A DNA stretch of 64,000 nt from Octopus vulgaris (GCA_951406725.2 OX597814.1:19158001-19222000), one strand, 5' to 3'; counted from the stretch's first letter, positions 1 through 16,002 are shown. The notes: generated by a model not told the origin, from the sequence alone. A program made the numbers and translations.

Positions 1-257
1 GAAAATTATTTTATAACAAATTATATATATCCTTCAACATAGTTTGAAGATAATAAGAGAAGATAATTTAAATTAAACTATGCGTAGTGGAATTACCTCC
101 CTTGGTACTATCACCTATAAATTCCCATATTGCTCTGCTATCTTCACTTCCTCTAATCGCCATTTTGAAAGACATCTTGGTTCCATCAAAGGAGGATATG
201 TATCTTCATTTTTTATGTTATTTTTCATTTTTATTCTGATGTATATTTTATATCTTA

Positions 258-657
258 CTAGCAGTATAGCCCGGCGTTGCTCGGGTTTGTAAGGGAAATA
301 ACTATATAAGCATTTTTAGAGAGTTATAGCCAAAAAATAGCAAAAAATGCATTAAAAATGGGAAAAAAATGATGGTAATTTTTTTTTAAATCGTTGACTC
401 ATCGTAGACATTTTTAGAGAGTTACTTCCCTTATTTAATAATGAAAAAAATGCATTAAAATGGAAAAAAATGATGGTAAATTTTTTTTTAAATCGTAGAC
501 TCATCGTAGACGCGCGCTAATACCCAGAAGGGCTCGATATGAATCACGACTATAAGATACCCGCTTTTGGTTACACTGCACCGCAAAATGTGGGAGTAGT
601 TAGGAATCTAAATCATAGGAGACAGACAGCACACAACCTCACTTTTATATATAAAGA
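258..657 (-). mobile_element. Non-autonomous Helitron (400 bp)
   Basis: Minus strand A|TCTTTATATAT...CCCGAGCAACGCCGGG hairpin...CTAG|T: 5' TC, 3' CTAG, subterminal hairpin, A/T insertion site, no TSD; further copies at 9148 and 25353. Confidence 0.85.
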
Positions 658-897
658 TATTTTGTATTTGACATTACATATTTGACTTTATAAGATTGAT
701 ATATGTTACTAATTCCTATTTATAATGTATAATTTATAATTTACAATTTTTAATTCTTCACTTATATATAATTTTTAAGGTTTGATCTAATGTTTAATTT
801 AGCACTTAATTTTAAAGTGATGTAAAATTAGATTGAGAATATTTTGAAGAAGCACATGAACATATGTTGGTAGAATTGTAAATCTGGGGACTGCATA

Positions 898-899
<2 letters not shown>

Positions 900-986
<87 letters not shown>
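900..986. repeat. (TG)n microsatellite
   Basis: Direct reading. Confidence 0.98.
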
Positions 987-988
<2 letters not shown>

Positions 989-1099
989 TATAATTTTCGC
1001 AATACTGAAACACACAAAGGGAACGAATTGTTCCTGACGCTATCACCCTTCTCCTTTTACTCTTTTACTTGTTTAAAGTGAAAACAGTTGACTGCGACA

Positions 1100-1749
1100 G
1101 CGATAAAGAAAACGAATTGGCCTGAATGGAGTGAAAATTTAAAGCAACTGTTTCTTTCGGTGATTTTTCTGAAGAAACTGCACCAAGCCACAGACTTTCC
1201 CAGAAGAGTAAAGCCTTAGACTATTTCTATTTACTTTTTGCCAATGAGCCCATTTGAAATCATTACGGGGCAGAACACGAAACGTTACGCTAAACGTAAA
1301 CAAAACGACAGACACACATAGTTTGTTATTTCCCACAACCTTACACATAAATTAAGGCCTATTTTGCCATATACATATTATTATGGGTTTCAGAAAGTTA
1401 CCCAGAATAACAAATTCTATCGTAAAATTTTGTTGTATACCCAATTGAGGCTATTAGCTAATAACCCATTTTCTATAGCGATGTTTGAACAAAATTTTAA
1501 TAATTTTATATATTGTTGAATTTACCTGTATCCACCTGCAATTACAGTCACTTTGTGACAAAAATTATAGAATAGAATTGGTTGAGGACATTTCATTAAA
1601 TTATCTTCCAAAATTCACGTTAATATATTGATAAATAAAAAAGTTATTGTTGTTTAATGAAACCAGACTAAATTTATGATTACGTTAGAAATTAATTGAA
1701 ACACATAAGGGGTGTATTTTGGTCAGAAATATAGTAACGAAAGGGTTAA
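1100..1749. mobile_element. Probable piggyBac-like non-autonomous DNA element fragment
   Basis: Ends ...GTAACGAAAGGG|TTAA (CCC terminus plus TTAA target); absent from the paralogous site in copy B; other end not found. Confidence 0.45.
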
Positions 1750-1939
1750 GAAAAACCAAAAAATATTTTATTCTTTATGTTTTATCTGAAATAGAATGCC
1801 CGCATATCTATTGATCCCTAACGATGAATTATTATTGTTGTTTATTATATAGTTTGTATATTTCTAGATAAATATATAAATATATGACAATCAAGACCCC
1901 ACTGTACGATATGCAGATGCATGTAATGGTAAAGGGTTA

Positions 1940-2564
<625 letters not shown>

Positions 2565-2597
2565 GCATATATATATATACATACATACATACATACA

Positions 2598-2629
<32 letters not shown>

Positions 2630-2650
2630 AAGATACATGTATAAATATTT

Positions 2651-2870
2651 ATGTGTGTGTGTTTTGCGTCTGTGTTTGTCCTCCCATCATCGCTTGACAA
2701 CTGTTGTCCCCATTGCTAGCAGTTCGGCAAAAGAAATCGATAAAATAAATACTAGGCTTAAAAAAAAAGCATAAGTACTGGGATTGATTTCTTCGACTAA
2801 AAACCTTTAAGGCGGTGCTCCAGCATGGCCGCATTCAAGTAACCGAAACGTGTAAAAGAATAAACGAATA
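2651..2870 (+). mobile_element. SINE family A, 3' half
   Basis: GCTTGACAAC...GCAGTTCGGCAAAAG...AAGGCGGTGCTCCAGCATGGCCGC...AAAAGAATA. Confidence 0.85.
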
Positions 2871-3014
2871 AGAGAATATAAGGATAACGGCGAGTAATGA
2901 GGTGAGGTTTTCAGGCGAATGTTCTTTACAGTCTCTGTGTTCGGTAGATAGTGTTTAAGCCACTAGTGGACCACCTTTGCAGTGTAATAATAGTCAGACA
3001 CGCATGAAACAAGT

Positions 3015-3812
<798 letters not shown>

Positions 3813-4187
3813 GCAAGTGATGTTATTTAGTAGTGGTGATGGGATGATAAATGTTTGAAGCATTATTTTGGAAATAAAACGAAATATACATGAAGAGATG
3901 GGCGGAGAAAGGGAAAAGAAAGAAGTGAATAGATAATCCGTTAATCTTTGAGATTACGGAATTTGAATGGAAGATTTCAAATATATCTCAGTAACGTTTA
4001 CTGTAGAATGAGTTTTCAAACAGTTTTCGATAATTGACAGTTGCTATTCGAGTTTCACGTCCATCGCGTGCACCATCTCTCAGTGGGAAGAAAGAAAGAA
4101 AGACTGAATGAATGAATGAATGAATGAAAGAAAGAAAGAAGGAAAGAAGGAAAGAAGGAAAGAAAGAAGGAAAGAAAGGAAAAAGAG

Positions 4188-4287
4188 NNNNNNNNNNNNN
4201 NNNNNNNNNNNNNNNNNNNNNNNNNNNNNNNNNNNNNNNNNNNNNNNNNNNNNNNNNNNNNNNNNNNNNNNNNNNNNNNNNNNNNNN
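4188..4287. other. Scaffold gap (100 N)
   Basis: Direct reading. Confidence 1.
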
Positions 4288-4371
4288 GTGTATACATTTT
4301 TAAGTAGTTTATCTGTTATTTTTAATAGATCAAGCTACGAAGTCTCCTTTTTGTTTTTGTCATTTACAAGC

Positions 4372-4752
4372 GCGTATATGGCTGTGCTTTCAGGTTCTCT
4401 CACTGTACGTGACAAATTGGGCCACTGTCTTCTTCTATAGTACTGAGACGACCAAAATCTGTGTGAGTGAGTTTGGTAGATAGAAACAGTTGGTAAACAC
4501 GTCGTATATGTAGAGGGATATGTATGTGTTTCTCTGAATCCGTGTGTGTCTGTGTGTGCGCGTGTGCGCACTCAAGCATATGTACGCGTGTCTTTGTATT
4601 TGCTTTCGTCCACCCACTACTTGACAACCGGTTTTGGTTGATTTTCGTCTCTGTAACATCGCACTGCTGGAGTCTATGTATTGAACTAAGCCCTCCAAAG
4701 CACTGTCTCAGCATTAGCGCAGCCCAGTAACGGAAACAAGTAAATGATAAGA
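4372..4752 (+). mobile_element. SINE family A, old degenerate copy
   Basis: Recognisable GACCAAAA..GTGAGTGAGTTTGGTAGATAGAAAC, CTTGACAACCG, GGAAACAAGTAAA. Confidence 0.7.
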
Positions 4753-5009
4753 GATTTTAACACTTGTTCAGCACTAATTGAACAGAATTATATGCACAGC
4801 TGTTCCAGATTCGACTATTGCCTATGTTTGTTCTCGCGGCTTTATCATCCACTGTATACATTCACTTCTTAGAGATTATGTTGTAAAAGGACAGATTTAT
4901 ATTTGTTAATCCACAGTTCAAACGCCAACGAGTAGACATATGTCACATGGTCATTTGAGTCGCGAATGCTCAGTTTTTTCAATGTTTCATATTTTCTCTA
5001 GAGAATTAT

Positions 5010-5609
5010 ATTTCTTTATTGCCCACAAGGGGCTAAACATAGAAAGGACAAACAAGGACAGACACACGGATTAAGCCGATTACATCGACCACAGTGCGTA
5101 ACTGGTACTTATTTAATCGACCCCGAAAAGATGAATGGCAAAGTTGACCTCGGCGGAATTTGATCTCAGAACGTAACGGCAGACGAAATACCTATTTCTT
5201 TACTACCCACAAGGGTCTACAGACAGAGGGGACAAGCATGGACATACAAAGGGATTAAATCGATTGTATCGACCCCAGTGCGTAACTAGTACTTATTTAA
5301 TCGACCCCGAAAGGATGAAAGGCAAAGTCGACCTCGGCAGAATTTGAACACAGAACGTAACGGCAGACGAAATACCTATTTCTTTACTACCCACAAGGGG
5401 CTAAACGCAGAGAAGACAAACAAGGACAGACAAACGGATTTAGTCGATTATATCGACCCCAGTGCGTAACTAGTACTTATTTTAATCGACCCCGAAAGGA
5501 TGAAAGGCAAAGTCGTCCTCGGCGGAATTTGAACCTCAGAACGTAGCGGCAGACGAAATACCGCTAAGCATTTTGCCCGGCGTGCTAACGATTCTGCCAG
5601 CTCGCCGCC
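5010..5609 (-). mobile_element. SINE family B, head plus three tandem body/tail units
   Basis: Head GGCGGCGAGCTGGCAGAATCGTTAGC, B-box-like GGTTCAAATT, junctions GAAATAGGTATTTC at 5185-5198 and 5369-5382 (period 184). Confidence 0.9.
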
Positions 5610-6143
5610 TGCTTCTGAGATCATTTACGTGTTTCAGATAACAGAACTTGATCTTAGGGAGAAGTTACTTCTATTTCTAATCAGACGACTAACTCGACAG
5701 AAACCCTTCCTCTTTAGCTCCTAACAACAGATGGCCTGCTGTAGCAGCTGTAATGTACAATAGTTTCTTGAAGCGTCGTATACTGTCGTGGTTTCCCTGG
5801 TGACTCTTACAATGCGAGTTTCTCTGGGATATCAGATACAGCATTGATTGGCGTGAGGTGTTGGATGGGAGATGATGTTGCAATGAAACGATCATGGAAG
5901 AAATCTTCCGTATAAAATCCAATTAGAAATATTGAAACCACTTTATCCATGGACCATAAAGAGATACAGATTATTTCCAACGTTCTTTGTTTTATTTGAA
6001 TTGTCCGTTAAGTTTGCCTTGGATTGGTTTGGTAAATTGGTATAAAATGTATATATGTGTATGTGCGTGTGTGGGTGTGTGTGTGTCCGCGTGCGTGTAT
6101 GCGCGCAGGTTTGTCTATGTGTATGTATATATACTGTTATCTT

Positions 6144-6204
<61 letters not shown>

Positions 6205-6261
6205 ACATATATATATGTATATATGCATGTATGCATGCACGTATGTATGTATGTATGTATG

Positions 6262-6299
<38 letters not shown>

Positions 6300-6867
6300 T
6301 ATATAGAGAGAAGAGAGAGGTTTATGAGTATGTATGCATGTATGTATGTATGTATGTAGATAGGTAGGTAGGTAGGTAGGTAGGTAGGTAGGTAGGTAGG
6401 TAGGCAGGTAGGCTCAATATTATATGTAATTTGTCTCGACTTTATGCATGTCAAGGTATCCAACGACTTTTGGTTTAGAGAGTTTTTCTTATTTTCTAAA
6501 AGGGAACAGATGGATAAATGGACTAAAGGCGTTTGTGCTGCTCTGGTAGTAGAGATTCACAATAATCTGGTGCTTTATGTTGTAGAGAAATGCAGCCAAA
6601 TACGTTATACAGTTACAGAAAATTTTGGCAATACTTCATGGATATTTTATTTTAACGATATGACGACAGATGTTTCAATACAGAACTTTGCAAGAGTCTC
6701 CTTTTATAAGAAGTTTGCCTATAGGAGGTTTCCGATTCTGAATATATCTCTCATTCCTCTTCTTTTCACTTTTCATATACAGTAATTTTACACAAGATTT
6801 TTGCAAACATTCAACGTAGTTATGATAGTATATCGTTCATTCTAGCGCCCTAGAGAATATAAAGATA

Positions 6868-6960
6868 TAGGGGCAGATGTGACTGTGTGATAAGGAGCGT
6901 GCTCCCCAACCATATGGTTCCGGGTTGAGTTCCACTTGGGCAATTGTCTTCGACTATGGC
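6868..6960 (+). mobile_element. SINE family A 5' fragment
   Basis: GTGACTGTGTGATAAG...GGTTCCGGGTTGAGTTCCACTTGGGCAA. Confidence 0.7.
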
Positions 6961-7758
6961 TTATTTTTACGATATGACGACAGATGTTTCAATACAGAAC
7001 TTTGCAACAGTCTCCTTTTATAAGAAGTTATATAGGAGGTTGATTCTGAATGTAATTTTACACAAGATTTTTGCAAACATATAGTTATGCCGCGACCTAG
7101 AGACGGGCCATAAGAAGCGTGGGTTCCGGGTTGAACTTGGGCAATTGTCTTCGACTATAGCCCTGTGAGTGGATTATTGTTGAATGTACATTATATTTGC
7201 CGATGAGACGGGCCAGTGGTAAATTGATTTAATTAAATTTAAATTAATTTAATTAAGCTGGTTTGCCAAAATGTACGTCGAAACTATGCATAGTCCAAAG
7301 ATGATAAGGGTAAATGTTTTTAATTTTCCTTTGATTTCTGAATTACTACTATTTAGCGGTTTGAGTTTGGCTGCTCGTTTTAGTGAGTTGAATGACCTAT
7401 TAAGGCCATTCCTTAATATTATTGTTGAATGTACATTATATAGTCTGTTGACTATTTTTTCTTTCTCACTAGACCGCTGGTGGCGAAAAAATTTCTCTTG
7501 AATTTTTTGCTACCCTGATATTGATTAATTAATGATTTTTTGGCTAATTCTGAAATTAAATCAGCAGTTTATATTTGCTGCTGATAAGTTGGCGCGATGA
7601 CGGTAGATTTTGAAAGTTTAGAGTATATATTCCCGAGGCATCGATGCTGTTGCCTCCGGAATACATATTCCCCCTGGCTTCTTTGCCGATGAGACGGGCC
7701 AGTGGTAAATTGATTTAATTAAATTTAATTTAATTTAATTAAGCTGGTTTTCCAAAAT

Positions 7759-7809
<51 letters not shown>

Positions 7810-7955
7810 AACATATACTTCAAACTATATATCAACTATACATGAACTATATATCAACTATACATGAACTCTAAGATATCTGACTCCGTTGTGTATTATA
7901 AATGAATTTCTTGTGTTTGACGGCATGAGCTGTCTCTTTTTATATATAACTTTTT

Positions 7956-7990
7956 TTGATAAGGTTCATTTCAGGAACTGAAACATGTTA
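7956..7990 (+). ncRNA. Degenerate hammerhead-like motif
   Basis: TTGATAA GGTTC ATTTCAG GAACT GAAA CATGTT; two core mismatches to CUGANGA, palindromic ACATGT stem III, next to a Penelope-like ORF remnant. Confidence 0.35.
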
Positions 7991-8051
7991 TAATGTATAT
8001 ATAAAAATTAAAAATTGTATAATACAGCAGCATTTTCGAACTTCATTTTTT

Positions 8052-8112
<61 letters not shown>

Positions 8113-8189
8113 CTCTGCAGTGATAACCATGACTTTGAGCCCCAGTCTCAACCCATGGCTCGCCACTTCAACCTTCATTGATATCCACT

Positions 8190-8800
8190 CACCTCTATTC
8201 ACACCACCCGTAAAGGTGGACTACTCAACATCCAGGAATGTAAGTACAAAAATTTCCTCTATAAATAAAAAATAAATTAAATAATTATTATAATGGCACA
8301 ATGAATAATAGCTCTAGCAATTATACAACCGATAGTAAAGGGAGTCATAATCAACAGATAAAAATATGTTCATGTCCTGATAAGACTAAATGTAAACTCT
8401 CTAATAATTGTAATGTTGATAATGTAATTTATAAATGTATAGTAAACTCTAAGAACAAGAATAATAAAATTATGAATAAGGTTTATATAGGATCTGCAGC
8501 TAAAGAAATTAATAAAAGAATCTCTCGACACTACCAGACTTTCAAAATCCTAATTTAAATAAATTCACGGGTTTAAGTAAATATATATATGGTAATTGAA
8601 ATCTCGAAAAATAGACTACAACCTTAGATGAGTATAACAGGTAGAGCCCACTCTTATAATATTGGCAATAAAATGTGTTGATTATGTATAACAGAATTTA
8701 TGAAACTATTACAGTCTAGAGATGAATTATGAAACACATACGATGAACGAGGAGTTAAATGTAGACACAAAAGTAATTTTACTTTCAATAAAATGAAATA
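8190..8800 (+). pseudogene. Penelope-like retroelement remnant: RT C-terminus/linker and GIY-YIG endonuclease
   Basis: VKVDYSTSRNVSTKISSINKK; CSCPDKTKCKLSNNC; VIYKC...VYIGS...KRISRH; after frameshifts GLSKYI, C-x-LC..E, KCRH; stops and frameshifts present. Confidence 0.85.
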
Positions 8801-9147
8801 CTGTACACCCACCCTTGAATCTAATAATCATGCACTTTTGATTTCTACAGCACTTGAATAGATCATATAAATAATTAATTAAATATTACTGAAAATTATT
8901 TTATAACAAATTATATATATCCTTCAACATAGTTTGAAGATAATAAGAGAAGATAATTTAAATTAAACTATGCGTAGTGGAATTACCTCCCTTGGTACTA
9001 TCACCTATAAATTCCCATATTGCTCTGCTATCTTCACTTCCTCTAATCGCCATTTTGAAAGACATCTTGGTTCCATCAAAGGAGGATATGTATCTTCATT
9101 TTTTATGTTATTTTTCATTTTTATTCTGATGTATATTTTATATCTTA

Positions 9148-9548
9148 CTAGCAGTATAGCCCGGCGTTGCTCGGGTTTGTAAGGGAAATAACTATATAAG
9201 CATTTTTAGAGAGTTATAGCCAAAAAATAGCAAAAAATGCATTAAAAATGGGAAAAAAATGATGGTAATTTTTTTTTTAAATCGTTGACTCATCGTAGAC
9301 ATTTTTAGAGAGTTACTTCCCTTATTTAATAATGAAAAAAATGCATTAAAATGGAAAAAAATGATGGTAAATTTTTTTTTAAATCGTAGACTCATCGTAG
9401 ACGCGCGCTAATACCCAGAAGGGCTCGATATGAATCACGACTATAAGATACCCGCTTTTGGTTACACTGCACCGCAAAATGTGGGAGTAGTTAGGAATCT
9501 AAATCATAGGAGACAGACAGCACACAACCTCACTTTTATATATAAAGA
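9148..9548 (-). mobile_element. Non-autonomous Helitron (duplicate of 258-657)
   Basis: Same TC/CTAG termini and hairpin. Confidence 0.85.
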
Positions 9549-9788
9549 TATTTTGTATTTGACATTACATATTTGACTTTATAAGATTGATATATGTTAC
9601 TAATTCCTATTTATAATGTATAATTTATAATTTACAATTTTTAATTCTTCACTTATATATAATTTTTAAGGTTTGATCTAATGTTTAATTTAGCACTTAA
9701 TTTTAAAGTGATGTAAAATTAGATTGAGAATATTTTGAAGAAGCACATGAACATATGTTGGTAGAATTGTAAATCTGGGGACTGCATA

Positions 9789-9860
<72 letters not shown>

Positions 9861-9917
9861 TGTGTGTGTGTGTGTGTATTATAATTTTCCAATACTGAAA
9901 CACGTGTTGTTCCTGTA

Positions 9918-10327
9918 TACTCTTACTCTTTTACTCTTTTACTTGTTTCAGTCAGTTGACTGCGGCCATGCTGGAGCAACGCCTTTAATCGAGCAACTCG
10001 ATCCCGGGACTTATTCTTTTGTAAGCCCAGTACTTATTCTATCGGTCTCTTTTGCCAAACCGCTAAGTAACGGGGGCATAAACACACCAGCATCGGTTGT
10101 CAAGCAATGCTAGGGGGACAAACACAGACACACAAACACACACACATACATATATATATACATATATACGACGGGCTTCTTTCAGTTTCCGTCTACCAAA
10201 TCCACTCACAGGGCTTTGGTCGGCCCGAGGCTATAGTAGAAGACACTTGCCCAAGGTGCCACGCAGTGGGACTGAACCCGGTACCATGTGGTTGGTAAAC
10301 AAGCTACTTACCACACAGCCACTCCTG
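9918..10327 (-). mobile_element. SINE family A, near full-length (tRNA-derived, CORE-like; possibly octopus OR2-type)
   Basis: A-box-like TGGCTGTGTGGT, B-box-like GGTTCAGTCCC, CCTTGGGCAAGT core, internal (TA/TG)n, (AAAGAGTA)n tail; family name from memory only. Confidence 0.9.
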
Positions 10328-10643
10328 TAATTTAATTTTAACTTAACTAATAGATATTTAAAGAAGTATATTTTATACCCTGCTGGTATACTGGTTATAT
10401 CCTTTAAAGTCTTATTTCATGACGCGCAAGGAGAGATACCATGGATTTACCTTCAGATATACTCAGTAGGTTATTTTTTGTTTTATCTGAAATAGAATGC
10501 CCGCATATCTATTGATCCCTAACGATGAATTATTATTGTTTTGTTTATTATATAGTTTGTATATTTCTAGATAAATATATAAATATATGACAATCAAGAC
10601 CCCACTGTACGATATGCAGATGCATGTAATGGTAAAGGGTTAA

Positions 10644-11268
<625 letters not shown>

Positions 11269-11301
11269 GCATATATATATATACATACATACATACATAC
11301 A

Positions 11302-11333
<32 letters not shown>

Positions 11334-11354
11334 AAGATACATGTATAAATATTT

Positions 11355-11575
11355 ATGTGTGTGTGTTTTGTGTCAGTGTTTGTCCTCCCATCATCGTTTG
11401 ACAACTGTTGTCCCAATTGCTAGCAGTTCGGCAAAAGAAATCGATAAAATAAATACTAGGCTTAAAAAGAAAGCATAAGTACTGGGATTGATTTCTTCGA
11501 CTAAAAACCGTTAAGGCGGTGCTCCAGCATGGCCGCATTCAAGTAACCGAAACGTGTAAAAGAATAAACGAATAA
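11355..11575 (+). mobile_element. SINE family A 3' half (duplicate of 2651-2870)
   Basis: Sequence match. Confidence 0.85.
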
Positions 11576-11718
11576 GAGAATATAAGGATAACGGCGAGTA
11601 ATGAGGTGAGGTTTTCAGGCGAATGTTCTTTACAGTCTCTGTGTTCGGTAGATAGTGTTTAAGCCACTAGTGGACCACCTTTGCAGTGTAATAATAGTCA
11701 GACACGCATGAAACAAGT

Positions 11719-12492
<774 letters not shown>

Positions 12493-12767
12493 GCTAGTGA
12501 TGTTATTTAGTAGTGGTGATGGGATGATAAATGTTTGAAGCATTATTTTGGAAATAAAACGAAATATACATGAAGAGATGGGCGGAGAAAGGGAAAAGAA
12601 AGAAGTGAATAGATAATCCGTTAATCTTTGAGATTACGGAATTTGAATGGAAGATTTCAAATATATCTCAGTAACGTTTACTGTAGAATGAGTTTTCAAA
12701 CAGTTTTCGATAATTGACAGTTGCTATTCGAGTTTCACGTCCATCGCGTGCACCATCTCTCAGTGGG

Positions 12768-13657
12768 AAGAAAGAAAGAAAGACTGAATGAATGAATGAA
12801 TGAATGAAAGAAAGAAAGAAGGAAAGAAGGAAAGAAGGAAAGAAAGAAGGAAAGAAAGGAAAAAGAGAAAAGAAAGGAAGAAAGAATGATTGAAAGAATG
12901 ACCGATAGAAGGACGATACAAAGAATGAAGGAAGGGAGGAAGGATGGAAGGAAGGAAAAAGAAAGAAAGAACGAAAAAAGAAAGAACGAAAAAAGAAAGA
13001 ACGATAGAAAGAACAAGCAAGCGAAGTAAGGACAATAGAGAGAGTGAATGAATGAATGAATGAATGAAGGAAGGAAGGAAGGAAGGAAGGAAGGAAGGAA
13101 GGAATGAAAGAACGAACGAAGGCGGGAACGAACGAAAGATGAACGAAGAAAGAAAGAAACAAACAAACAAAGACAAAGAAAAGAAGAAAGAAATGAAGAA
13201 AGAAAGAAGAGTAAAAAAGGAAGAACGATAGAAAGAAAGAAAGAAAGAAAGAAAGAAGGAAAAAAGGAAAGAAAGAAGGAAATAAAGGAAAAAGAGAAAA
13301 GAAAGGAAGAAAGAACGATTGAAAGAATGACCGATAGAAGGACGATACAAAGAATGAAGGAAGGGGGAAGGATGGAAGGAAAAAGAACGAACGAAAAAAG
13401 AAAGAACGATAGAAAGAGTAAGCGAAGTAAGGACAATAGAGAGAGTGAATGAATGAAGGAAGGAACGAAGGAACGAAGGAACGAAGGAACGAAGGCAGGA
13501 ACGAACGAAAGATGAACGAAGAAAGAAAGAAAGAAATGAAGAAAGAAAGAAGAGTAAAGAAAGGAAGAACGATAGAAAGAAAGAAAGAAAGAAAGAAAGA
13601 ACGATAGAAAGAAAGAAAGAAAGAAAGAACGATAGAAAGAAAGAAAGAAAGAACGAT

Positions 13658-13688
<31 letters not shown>

Positions 13689-14091
13689 AGGAAAGAAGGA
13701 AAGAAAGAAGGAAAGAAAGGAAAGAAAGGAAAAAGAGAAAAGAAAGGGAGAAAGAGTGATTGAAAGAATGACCGATAGAAGGACGATACAAAGAATGAAG
13801 GAAGGGAGGAAGGATGGAAGGAAAGAAAAAGAAAGAAAGAACGAAAAAAGAAAGAACGATAGAAAGAGTAAGCGAAGTAAGGACAATAGAGAGAGTGAAT
13901 GAATGAATGAAGGAAGGAACGAACGAACGAACGAACGAACGAACGAACGAACGAACGAACAAAAGATGAACGAAGAAAGAAACAAACAAACAAAGACAAA
14001 GAAAGGAAGAAAGAAAGAAGAGTAAAGAAAGGAAGAACGATAGAAAGAAAGAAAGAAAGAAAGAAAGAAGAGTAAAGAAAGGAAGAACGAT

Positions 14092-14154
<63 letters not shown>

Positions 14155-14494
14155 AATTAAGAAAGAAACAAAGAAGGAAAGAAAAGAAAGAAAGGAAAAA
14201 GAGAAAAGAAAGGAAGAAAGAATGATTGAAAGAATGACCGATAGAAGGACGATACAAAGAATGAAGAAAGGGAGGAAGGATTGAAGGATGGAAGGAAGGA
14301 AAAAGAAAGAAAGAACGATAGAAAGAGTAAGCGAAGTAAGGACAATAGAGAGAGTGAATGAATGAAGGAAGGAACGAAGGAACGAAGGCAGGAACGAACG
14401 AAAGATGAACGAAGAAAGAAAGAAACAAACAAAGACAAAGAAAGGAAGAAAGAAATGAAGAAAGAAAGAAGAGTAAAGAAAGAAAGAAAGAAAT

Positions 14495-14543
<49 letters not shown>

Positions 14544-14545
14544 AG
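12768..14545. repeat. Purine-rich complex satellite, ~430-465 bp higher-order unit x4
   Basis: Marker GATTGAAAGAATGACCGATAGAAGGACGATACAAAGAATGAAG at ~12888, 13317, 13758, 14224 amid (GAAA/GGAA/GAAT/GAAC)n. Confidence 0.95.
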
Positions 14546-15510
14546 GGATAGAAGTCTGAAAAATTTGAGTATTTAAAAGTAAAAGTTGTTGAGTCAGTGA
14601 ATGATTTTCAAAAAGTAACTTGGTCTAACTAAGAATTGGTGAGATGTAGATGGTTTGCAGTTCTGTCCGTGGGTAGAACTTACAACGAGCATGTATCACA
14701 GGCAATAGTAAGCCACCAAGGCTATGACGTTGGCTGTGGAGGGAGCCGAGGTTAATTCAAGGCTGCTGTGGATCAGGCGTGAGCCCTGGAAGGGACAGTA
14801 CTACTAAGGATGGTAGTGCAAACTGGACAAAACCTGACGTTTCATCGACCCTGGCTTGGTCGCCTGGGTGAAGGTAAATATGTCTGATGTTAAAGGACCC
14901 AAAACACCTAATGATCCCAGGAGACGTCACCAATAATGTGTCCAGGTGCGTCACAAATTGATGTTAGTAAACAATCAATTATGACACGGGTGCTTACACG
15001 GTTCATGTAAAAACATACTGCACAAATAAAGGGAGAAATATTTTTAAAAAACACCACGTAAAGAGACTTTTCAAAAAAACAGACGCAATGGAACGGATTA
15101 ATAGAATATTGAGCGGCGATTCATTCTCACGATTTTTGTTATAAATGCAAACTAAAATATCTAGTAACATCATTGCTCTGTTTCTAATATATTTATAGTC
15201 CTTCCAGGATACTAATTGCATTACCGATATTATATTTAGCATACACATCTCCAAATACGATATAAAACAGTATGTACCGGAGCATAAAGTCATTTTACAA
15301 ACAGAAATTCGTTTCAAAATATCTTGTGTAGATTTACAAAATTATTTTGAAAAAAAAAAAATAATAATAAAAACAAAAAGAAAATCACTATTGCTCATGA
15401 AAGAACGAAACGAGACTGTCTTCTCTATACAAGGTAACCGTTAATCATAAGAAATATAAAATAATGTCTGCAGTAGCAGAAATTTGAGAGAAAAAGTGGA
15501 GGAATAGTTA

Positions 15511-16002
15511 CCGTAAGTCCTCGAGTATAATCCGCATTTTTTTCCCAAAAATTTAAAGGTCAAAATCTCTAATGAGTACTATATATGAGGTTAAAAATGA
15601 AAAAATATTTTCTAAGCAATGTCCGAGTCTGTATTTGCTGTCCGGCAATGTTTATTCAGACTCATTTTGTGATGTCGAGCGTGAAAATACCTTAAGCTGA
15701 GCCCGAAAGTAATGAAGTCATAGAAGAATCATCCATAACTTGCAGTAAGCAACATTTATTAAACGTTATTACTGTTATTACTGTTATTTCTTTCTTTTCT
15801 GCAAACAAAATGCTCAAAAAAGCTACACGTTTGCATTATGTTATATATACAATTATAATAAAGGACGTAATATAGACATCCTTGACTCAAGTTTAAAAAG
15901 GGGTGCGTATTATACACAAGGTTTAAGTTTTTCAGAGGTACAGCTCCCTAAAAATCCCCTGCGTATTCTACTCAAGGGCGGACTATACTCGAGGATTTAC
16001 GG
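15511..16002. mobile_element. Tc1/mariner-superfamily (Tc2/pogo-type) MITE, 492 bp
   Basis: 25-bp TIRs CCGTAA(G/A)TCCTCGAGTATA(A/G)TCCGC with 2 mismatches, TA on both sides. Confidence 0.9.

Noticed and set aside
840-885. TTGAAGA followed by a short hairpin, hammerhead-like
   Set aside because: No GAAA box or stem I
5010-5609. CRISPR-like regular repeats
   Set aside because: Whole 184-bp units repeat with no unique spacers; eukaryotic SINE, no cas genes
12668-14428. 586-aa, 416-aa and 409-aa F/S/L-rich ORFs
   Set aside because: Translations of the pyrimidine strand of a satellite that rarely forms stop codons
14640-15000. GC-richer island, possibly a LINE 5' UTR or exon
   Set aside because: No recognisable motif or supported ORF
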